Virus record (IMG/VR): IMGVR_UViG_3300022562_001216
Span: 1 to 54,743 of that record
DNA from: a virus
Lineage: Duplodnaviria > Caudoviricetes
DNA length: 54,743 nt
Reading direction: 5' to 3' (one strand)
Part shown: one piece after another, positions 47,884 to 54,743 of the stretch
How the letters are laid out: each line of letters begins with the position of its first letter
Position numbering within the stretch: position 1 is the first letter of the stretch
The notes under the pieces: generated by a model
The model's database searches: none
What the model saw: the letters and a program-made list of their open reading frames with translations, nothing else
What the model was told of the DNA's origin: nothing
Position numbers and translations under genes: made by a program

Positions 47884-49793
47884 TGGCATTCGACGCAGGC
47901 AGTGCAGGCACAGGGTTTTTACGGGGTTTTCTGGCCATTCGCGGGCTCATGAATGAAGAGGAGCGAATGAAGCAAAACCAAGAGCGCTGGCAGAAAACCA
48001 TGGACTACCAGCGCAGTCGGGATCAAATGACGGATGCCCGCTGGCAACAGAGTTTTGATCAGACTCAAAGCAACTGGCAGCAAACTTATGATACGACTCA
48101 AAGCAACTGGCAGAAGAACTACGACGCCACCCAAGCCCATCGTGATGCCTTGCTGGGCCTTCAGCGGTCGCAAGAACAACGCAATGTGGAAGCCCACAAA
48201 CAGAACATGGCAGCCGGCAAACTGACGATGGAAGCCAGTCAATTGCAACTGGATGAAACCAAACGCGCCATCGATGCCGACAAGGCGAACAAGTTAACCC
48301 GGTCTGCCATCATGCTGTTGGAGCAGGGTATTGCCACGCCGGATCTGATTGAGTGGATCGATGCTCAGCCCAGCACCCAAGAATGGCTCAAAACCCGCTA
48401 TCGTACGAATGCCAAGATTGTGGATTTGAAGCCCAACACGTTCAAAGGCACACCGGGTTCCTACCACACCATCATCGAGGGGGTGGACCCCAAAACCGGC
48501 AAGCGCGGGCGCGGTGTTGCTACGGCAGAGGACAAGGGCAGCACCAACGGTCAAGCGCCGTTGCTGGAATTTACCCCGGAAGCGGTAACGCAAGTCATGT
48601 ATCAACTGGCTCAGCAATTGGAAGGCGCGAGCCCCGAAGAAGCTGAACGCTTAAAAAAGGCCACCGCGGGCTATCTGCAAGGGTTACAGCGGGTTCATGG
48701 GCCGTTACAGGACAGCTTGGAATACAGCCCGGATGGCCGCACCTGGATCAGAGGCGCCGATGGTTCGTTGAAAGCGGCTAATCGGGGCAAATACGATGCC
48801 CCTGGCGGTTATGGCGGTTCCAGCGGTTATGGCGCCCCTGGCAGCTTGACCGCGAGCCAGCGTGAGACCCACTGGAAAAACACCGCGGCCATGTTCGATG
48901 ATGAGATGGGGGATGACCTGGACCGCGGCATTGATAACTCGATCCAGCGCCGTGCGGCCCTGGCCACCGCGCAAGCCGCCAGCCCGGAATTTGGCCACTT
49001 GCCCCCGGCGGTGCTGTTGCGCTTGGCCAAACAGGCAGAAACCCCGGCGGCGACGACGGATGAAAACGGCAACCCGGTTCCCAGTGCTCCCTACATTTTG
49101 ACCAAAGAAGCTGCCTTGGAGCAGGCCAAAATAGACCTCAACAAGGGGCGCGTGCTGCCGGATGCCATCGGGGGCTATGACATCAATGACGATGAAGTGA
49201 AGACGCGGGCCGCTCAAATTCTCAAAGAGGAAACGAAAGCCTACTCTGAAAACCTCCGTGACGCTTACCAACAAGCGGCTTATCAAATGTACATGCGGCA
49301 GGGGTTGCGTCAATTCGCGCCCCAAGGCCAACCCCAGCCCGGCCAGCCCCAACAACAACAGCCGGGAATGCCGCAACAGCCTGGCCAGCAAGCGCAACCG
49401 GAAACCTTGCAGGTGGAGGACGAAAACGCCCCAAGCCAGCAGGAAGTCATGGACGAGGTGGTCACTAACGGCAAGCACTACAACGACGCTCGTGATCTGA
49501 TTGCGGATATCAAAGAGGAATTGCGGGCCAACGGTGAGTCGGTGCCCTCCGATGAGTTTTTGGTGGATTGGGTCAAGCGGGAGCACCCAGAGCTTGGCTT
49601 TGACCACTGGCGGGAGCAGCGCCGCGGCCTGTTGAATTACTCCAATTCTGGCCCGCGGGTGGACGCTCGCACGGTGTTGCAGAACAAGCGCATGGAAATG
49701 GCGCGTCAGAGCGAACTGGACGAGGCACGGATGCGGTTAGCGGATCTAGCGGCCTTGCGGCGCCAAAAAGCCCAGCAGGAAAAGCAGAGATAG
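47883..49793 (+). CDS. Internal virion/ejection protein
   Basis: GTGFLRGF N-terminus, 11-aa Q/W repeats, Q/P linker. Confidence 0.65.
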   Translation: MAFDAGSAGTGFLRGFLAIRGLMNEEERMKQNQERWQKTMDYQRSRDQMTDARWQQSFDQTQSNWQQTYDTTQSNWQKNYDATQAHRDALLGLQRSQEQRNVEAHKQNMAAGKLTMEASQLQLDETKRAIDADKANKLTRSAIMLLEQGIATPDLIEWIDAQPSTQEWLKTRYRTNAKIVDLKPNTFKGTPGSYHTIIEGVDPKTGKRGRGVATAEDKGSTNGQAPLLEFTPEAVTQVMYQLAQQLEGASPEEAERLKKATAGYLQGLQRVHGPLQDSLEYSPDGRTWIRGADGSLKAANRGKYDAPGGYGGSSGYGAPGSLTASQRETHWKNTAAMFDDEMGDDLDRGIDNSIQRRAALATAQAASPEFGHLPPAVLLRLAKQAETPAATTDENGNPVPSAPYILTKEAALEQAKIDLNKGRVLPDAIGGYDINDDEVKTRAAQILKEETKAYSENLRDAYQQAAYQMYMRQGLRQFAPQGQPQPGQPQQQQPGMPQQPGQQAQPETLQVEDENAPSQQEVMDEVVTNGKHYNDARDLIADIKEELRANGESVPSDEFLVDWVKREHPELGFDHWREQRRGLLNYSNSGPRVDARTVLQNKRMEMARQSELDEARMRLADLAALRRQKAQQEKQR

Positions 49794-49858
49794 ACTACAA
49801 AGCGCATACATAACGCATATATAGCGCATACGAATAGACTACAAATAGACTACAAAGC
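49793..49858 (+). repeat. 11-bp hexamer array (6 units)
   Basis: GACTACAAAGC-GCATACATAAC-GCATATATAGC-GCATACGAATA-GACTACAAATA-GACTACAAAGC. Confidence 0.9.
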
Positions 49859-49873
49859 TCAGGTGGTGGTCCC

Positions 49874-52800
49874 ATGGATTTTGGAAAATACGATCCACTT
49901 TATCGGCAAAAGCACAACATTGCTGATCCAGCCGCGGCGCAGCCGGCGCCGCAGCAGCAACAGCCAGCGCAACCGGCGCCGGGCAGCCTGACCTACGTTG
50001 ACGCCCTCACCGGCACCGCGGAGTTTGCCCCGCGTGGACCACGGCAAGGGATGCCGGATTATTCCCACCTGTCCAGCGGCATGGCCGGTTTGGGTGCGGG
50101 GGTGCAAGACGTAAAATCCCTTTGGGGTGGCTTTATGGCCGCTGCCGGCCAAGCGTCGGGCAGTGAGGAGCTGAAAGCCTACGGCCTGGAAGTGATGAAA
50201 GCCGGGGAAATGGAGGGGGCCAAGTACCGGGAGGGTCGCGCAACCAAGGTCGAGGACATTGATTTTGGCGACAACTTCACCGAGTTTGCGGTGTTTAACC
50301 TGGCCATGCTGGGGCCATTTGCCCTGGAAAGTGCCCTGTCAGCACTGGCGGGTGCGGCCATGGGAACGGGTGTACCTGGGGTTGGTAACGTGGTCGGCGC
50401 TGGGGCTGGGGTGCTGGGCAAAACCGTCCTCAAAAAAGCCCTACGCAACTACGTTAAGGGCGAATTGCAGGACGAGGCTGAGAAAAAAATGGCCCAAAAT
50501 GCCCTGCGTCAAGTAGGGGCGTCCTTTGGTGCAATGACGGTGGGCTATCCGCAGCACGTAGGTGACGCTTACAGCGAAGTGCTGGAATCTGGCCAAGAAA
50601 ATGCGGGACCGGCGTTTGCCGCGGCGGTGCCAATGGCGGCCCTGGATGCCGTATTGCCGGGCTTGGTGGCGGGCAAGCTGTTGAATCCGGGCAAGGGATC
50701 GGCACCGATTCGAGGGCTCAAAGGCCTGTTGCAGGGGTCTGCGGCGGAAGGGCTCACTGAAGCCGGGCAGGAAGAAACCCTGATTCGATTACGGCAAAGC
50801 CTGGACCCTGAATTTGATCCTTACGGCGAAGAAGCCAACAGCCTACGCTTGAACGCCGCGGTCATTGGTGCCTTGGGCGGTGCCGCTGCCGGGGGTGCCG
50901 GTGGTCTGTTATCCCGTCGCTCCGACACGCCACCCCTGCCGGAAGCCGGTGATCTGGGTCTGGACGGCACGCCCACACCAGAGGGGCCACCAGCCGCACC
51001 CACGGAATTGCGGGGGCTCAAGGGGGTGTTGGGTGATCGCTACCGGGAGCCCGGCGTCAGACCGTCTGGGCTCAAGAAGATTATGGCCAACCCGGACAAA
51101 GCGCGAGCCGAAGCCCGCGACCGGGAAACTCAACGCATTGAGGCTTTGCAGCAATTGCAGGCCGAGCGAGAAGCCGCAGAAGGCAAAAACTACCGCAGTT
51201 TGCGTGACATTCTGGGCGAGCGTTACAACGAGCCCGGTCTACGGCAACAACTGACCGGCTTGAATGCGATCATGGCCGATCCAGAAGCCGCACGGGCACG
51301 GGTACGACTGAGCAAAGCCTTGGGTATTGCTGATCAACAATTGGCGATGCTGCAAGCCGAAGCAAAGGCACGCCGCGACTCGCGCCCCTTGAGTGAGATT
51401 CTGGGGGATTTGTACCGCACACCGGGGGTACGCCCACCGCCACCCAAAGGCCTGAAGGCGGTGATGGCACGGCGCGGCCAAATCCAAGCCGATGCCGAAG
51501 AGTTGCGCCTGGCCGAACGGCTGGCTGCTCAGTTGGCCGAGCAAGACGCCCAAGCCGCGGCAGAAGCCGCCCGGCCTAAAGGCCTGAAAGCGGCCTTGGG
51601 GGAACGCTGGAAAGAAACGCCCACCCCTGAGCCTGCCAAACCCCTGACCGGCTTAAACCGCATCCGGCAAGATCAGGAGTACATGCGGTCCATCGCCGAG
51701 CAAGCCCGCGAAGCGGCCAATACAGTGGCCTTGGCCGCAGCGGCCAAAAATGAGCCCCTGCGGGGTTTGAAGGGGGTGCTGGGCAAGCGTTTCAACGAGG
51801 GGCCACCCACCGGGCTCAAACGAGCAGTGACCAATCCAGAGCGGGTACTGGCCAATCTGCGCGCCGCCAAAGCCGCCGAACTTGCCGCAGCAGGCCGCAA
51901 AGCCCGTCGCTCCCGAATGCCGCCTAACCTGGTGGAACCGCGCTTGCTGCGCAATCCGTACCGCAATGAACTGCAAAACATGGCCAATAGCCTGGTCAAA
52001 GGCGGGGATGTCAGCTACATCCGCGACGAGCAAGGCCGCATCACGGGCCGCACGCCCTCGGTCAATCCGAGCTGGTTCCAGCGGCTGTCTGAAGACAAAG
52101 ACTACAAAATGTCCACCGATCAAGCCAAACGAGCCGTGGAACGAGCCCTCAAAGGTGAAAAACTGGGGGCGCGGGAAGCTCGCGTGGTGGTGGCCATGCT
52201 CGATGACATCAACGAGCGGCGGGACCAGCAAGCCCGTGACAACCGCTGGCGCCTGGAATCCCTGCGAGCCCGGCGCAAGTACCTGCGCGAATCCATGGAC
52301 ATTCCCGGCTTTGATGAGGCGGATTTGGACAGCATGGGCCAAGTCTATGATGAGGCCGATTACAACGCCCAGTTGAGTGATGATGAGAGAGTCGTAGCGG
52401 AAATGGCCCAACAGGCCTTAGAATTGGGGGTGAGTCAGGCCGAAGTCAATGCTGCCATCGACAGCACCACCAGCACTGACAGCGCCATGGCGGCGCTGGA
52501 ACTACTGATATGGAGCGAACGCAATGGCCACCGAGCCCAACAAGCCCAAACCGGGGACGTACCGACCCAACAAGGTGAAAGCCCAACTGAAACAGTGGGC
52601 ACAGAAACCACCGAAGAAACGCCAACGTTAGCGGAGAAAGTCGAAGCCGCGGCGGATCAGGCCGCCAATTCCCCCAACAACGACCTGCCCGAATCCACCA
52701 TCCCGCAACAGGAAGCGGATAACTACAAGAAAGGCCATGTGAGGATTGCAGGCCTGTCCCTCTCCATTGAAAACCCGCGGGGCTCCAAGCGCAAAGGGGT

Positions 52801-54743
52801 CAGCCCGGACGGCAAGAAATGGGAAAACACCCTCGCCCATCATTACGGCGACATCAAGGGCACTATTGGCGCCGATGGGGACGCCATCGATGTGTTCATT
52901 GGGGAAAATCCAGAGTCCGACAAAATCTATGTGGTGGATCAGGTCAAGCCGGATGACACCTTTGACGAGCATAAGGTGATGCTGGGCTTTGACAGCCTGG
53001 AAGACGCCAAAGCGGGCTATCTGGCTAACTATGACAAAGACTGGCAAGGCCTGGGCAACATCACCGAAACCACACTAGACCAGTTTAAAGACTGGTTGGA
53101 GCACGGGCGCCACAAAAAGGCCTATGCCACAAAATCCACCTCATCTGAGGGGAAAAAACCGGCAAGCAAGATGGAACAAGCCGCCAGCGCCCTGAATATG
53201 ACGGAGCGCGAGGCGCAGATTCAAATGGCCCTGTTCTATGGCCGGGAGTGGACAGAGCGGGAATACAAGGACGATCCAGAGTTATTAGCCGCGGCACTCA
53301 AGGCCTTTGACGACTTCGAGCAGAAAGAACAGGAAGAAGTCAAGCAGAAAGCCCGCGACGATACAGCCCGCAAAGCTAAGATCGAGCGCAACGAAACCTT
53401 GTTGCAAGCCGCCATTGCTCGCCAGCATGAGGCCATGGAACGTCTGAAATCCAAGGGCATTGCCCACCATGGCGGTAAAGTGGAAGTGGGTGATGAGGGT
53501 TCGGTGAAGGGCATCGATGCCATTAACCAGAAGCGCCGCAACTACGCCATCCGCATGATGCAAGAAGAAATCATCCGAATGCAGAAGTGGTTGGAGCAAG
53601 CCCGCAACGGCGCCTTCGACGTAGACGAGTACCTGGACAAGCTGGGCGGCCTGATCGGTTCGGCCAACAACACCACCGCCATCGGTGATTACCTCTTTTA
53701 CCTGCACAAGTTGCTGAATTATCAGTTCAAGAAAGACGGCACACTGTACGCCAAACGGTCCATGGCGAAAGTGGCCGCTAACAAGCTGGACGGCTTTGAA
53801 CCCAAGCACGTGGAGCTGAAAAACACCCACGGTAACGTGATTCTGGAAGGTTGGGCCGTGGCGCCGCTGGATGCCACTGAAAAAGTCAAAGATCCTCGCG
53901 CCGTGCGCAAGGCCAAACGGGCCAAAAAGCGGGTGGAAATTGACGAGGATATGAAGGAAATCGCCAAGAAACTGGCCGAAGCCCTCAACAAGAAATCCAT
54001 GAATCCCGTGTTTGACCCGGAAATCTACGCCTTAGCGGGGCAACTGGGGGCCAAGCTGGTACAGAAAGGTGCGCTGAAATTCGCGGATTTTGCAGATAAC
54101 TTCCTGGAAATCTTGGGAGCCTATCAAGCCCGTAAGGCCGGGGAGGGCATTGTCAAACAAGTCTACCTGAGTGTGGCGCAGGAACAGGACGACGCCACCT
54201 TTGCGAAAATGGACGATTCCGCCACCGTCAGAGCGTTTGATTTAGCCAGCCTGCAGGCGGATACTACACAAGAGGCGGAGGTAACGGGTAATGAGCGAGC
54301 TGAGTTACAAACCAACGAAGGCGTGGGAGGAGCAAATCAGGGCGGAACATCAAGCGTACCTGGAGGACGACAACGCCCTCCACAACGAGAACCTGCACCA
54401 GGAGATACTGGCGACGTGGCAGGCGCTCAGCCCGCAGATGTGGGCGGATCTGACCGCACGGGACAACTTTCAGGAACCGCTGGCGTACGTGCTCCAACAG
54501 CAGATGTGGGAAATGGAAGCGTCACTGAGACGCGGGGGGATGAGCTACCCGGACAGCCTACACCTGGCACGGGCGGAAACGCTGATGCTGGAACCAGAGG
54601 AGACTGGGGAGGAATCCAGCGAGGCGATCTAACCTACAAGCAGAACACCAAGCTGCGGGATCTGGAAAAACGCCTCGCCGCCCTCGCCCAAGAGCACAGC
54701 TACGACAACCGCAACGCCAAAGGCAAAGCCCTGCGCAAGGCCA
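49874..54743 (+). CDS. 5' part of the giant DarB-like polyvalent protein (includes InPase domain); continues into 1-9134, total ~4,619 aa
   Basis: AGGTGG SD and ATG at 49874; the ORF track shows no stop in this frame up to the window end. InPase motifs NYKKGH, IENPRGSKRKG, HYGDIKGTIGADGDAIDVF, FDEHKVMLGF at ~52700-53100. Confidence 0.88.
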   Translation, partial: MDFGKYDPLYRQKHNIADPAAAQPAPQQQQPAQPAPGSLTYVDALTGTAEFAPRGPRQGMPDYSHLSSGMAGLGAGVQDVKSLWGGFMAAAGQASGSEELKAYGLEVMKAGEMEGAKYREGRATKVEDIDFGDNFTEFAVFNLAMLGPFALESALSALAGAAMGTGVPGVGNVVGAGAGVLGKTVLKKALRNYVKGELQDEAEKKMAQNALRQVGASFGAMTVGYPQHVGDAYSEVLESGQENAGPAFAAAVPMAALDAVLPGLVAGKLLNPGKGSAPIRGLKGLLQGSAAEGLTEAGQEETLIRLRQSLDPEFDPYGEEANSLRLNAAVIGALGGAAAGGAGGLLSRRSDTPPLPEAGDLGLDGTPTPEGPPAAPTELRGLKGVLGDRYREPGVRPSGLKKIMANPDKARAEARDRETQRIEALQQLQAEREAAEGKNYRSLRDILGERYNEPGLRQQLTGLNAIMADPEAARARVRLSKALGIADQQLAMLQAEAKARRDSRPLSEILGDLYRTPGVRPPPPKGLKAVMARRGQIQADAEELRLAERLAAQLAEQDAQAAAEAARPKGLKAALGERWKETPTPEPAKPLTGLNRIRQDQEYMRSIAEQAREAANTVALAAAAKNEPLRGLKGVLGKRFNEGPPTGLKRAVTNPERVLANLRAAKAAELAAAGRKARRSRMPPNLVEPRLLRNPYRNELQNMANSLVKGGDVSYIRDEQGRITGRTPSVNPSWFQRLSEDKDYKMSTDQAKRAVERALKGEKLGAREARVVVAMLDDINERRDQQARDNRWRLESLRARRKYLRESMDIPGFDEADLDSMGQVYDEADYNAQLSDDERVVAEMAQQALELGVSQAEVNAAIDSTTSTDSAMAALELLIWSERNGHRAQQAQTGDVPTQQGESPTETVGTETTEETPTLAEKVEAAADQAANSPNNDLPESTIPQQEADNYKKGHVRIAGLSLSIENPRGSKRKGVSPDGKKWENTLAHHYGDIKGTIGADGDAIDVFIGENPESDKIYVVDQVKPDDTFDEHKVMLGFDSLEDAKAGYLANYDKDWQGLGNITETTLDQFKDWLEHGRHKKAYATKSTSSEGKKPASKMEQAASALNMTEREAQIQMALFYGREWTEREYKDDPELLAAALKAFDDFEQKEQEEVKQKARDDTARKAKIERNETLLQAAIARQHEAMERLKSKGIAHHGGKVEVGDEGSVKGIDAINQKRRNYAIRMMQEEIIRMQKWLEQARNGAFDVDEYLDKLGGLIGSANNTTAIGDYLFYLHKLLNYQFKKDGTLYAKRSMAKVAANKLDGFEPKHVELKNTHGNVILEGWAVAPLDATEKVKDPRAVRKAKRAKKRVEIDEDMKEIAKKLAEALNKKSMNPVFDPEIYALAGQLGAKLVQKGALKFADFADNFLEILGAYQARKAGEGIVKQVYLSVAQEQDDATFAKMDDSATVRAFDLASLQADTTQEAEVTGNERAELQTNEGVGGANQGGTSSVPGGRQRPPQREPAPGDTGDVAGAQPADVGGSDRTGQLSGTAGVRAPTADVGNGSVTETRGDELPGQPTPGTGGNADAGTRGDWGGIQRGDLTYKQNTKLRDLEKRLAALAQEHSYDNRNAKGKALRKA
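52524..52631 (+). CDS. Possible nested 35-aa basic peptide (+1 frame)
   Basis: GGAG 8 nt before the ATG; host frame reads as a low-complexity linker here. Confidence 0.3.
   Translation: MATEPNKPKPGTYRPNKVKAQLKQWAQKPPKKRQR
54291..54632 (+). CDS. Overprinted 113-aa gene nested in the +1 frame of the giant gene
   Basis: GGAGGT SD 8 nt upstream; globular helical sequence while the host frame becomes G/P/T/R low-complexity over the same span. Confidence 0.7.
   Translation: MSELSYKPTKAWEEQIRAEHQAYLEDDNALHNENLHQEILATWQALSPQMWADLTARDNFQEPLAYVLQQQMWEMEASLRRGGMSYPDSLHLARAETLMLEPEETGEESSEAI
54600..54743. repeat. Terminal direct repeat, copy 2
   Basis: Identical to 1-144. Confidence 0.95.

Larger units (their letters stand above)
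1..54743. mobile_element. Complete circular phage-plasmid (podovirus with iteron replicon)
   Basis: Full virion and lysis gene set together with Rep_3/iterons, ParA/RHH, TA and resolvase; circular; no integrase recognised. Confidence 0.85.

Noticed and set aside
49793-49858. 11-bp arrays as a mini-CRISPR or type III antitoxin
   Set aside because: The units are too short, occur in both orientations at other sites and are helically phased, which fits dsDNA protein binding
54600-54743. 144-bp repeat as a physical phage terminal repeat
   Set aside because: It falls mid-gene with no special structure, which is typical of an assembly overlap on a circular molecule

Overview
The window is a complete circular molecule of 54,599 bp: bases 54600-54743 repeat 1-144, most likely an assembly overlap. 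It looks like a phage-plasmid, probably of a Gammaproteobacterium. The virion side is a podovirus module of Bcep22/N4-gp56 type: lysozyme, holin, TerS, TerL, portal, scaffold, major capsid, adaptors, tail and fibre proteins, and ejection proteins. It also carries a ~4,619-aa DarB-like polyvalent protein that spans the contig break (49874-54599 joined to 1-9134). The plasmid side has a Rep_3 initiator with DnaA boxes, five iterons and an AT-rich origin, plus ParA with a small RHH partner, MazEF/PemIK, and a serine resolvase with a res-like site. No integrase, protelomerase, DNA polymerase or primase was recognised. The most unusual signals are: (1) a ~250-nt multi-hairpin candidate ncRNA with 11 NUUAN motifs between the portal and par operons; (2) 11-bp-period G(A/C)(C/A)TAC arrays at about seven intergenic sites, including the parA start; (3) a 113-aa gene with a strong SD overprinted inside the giant gene; (4) a ~45-bp motif shared by the two late operons; (5) a six-half-site symmetric DNA element downstream of rep. 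All assignments come from reading motifs by eye; no database searches were run.
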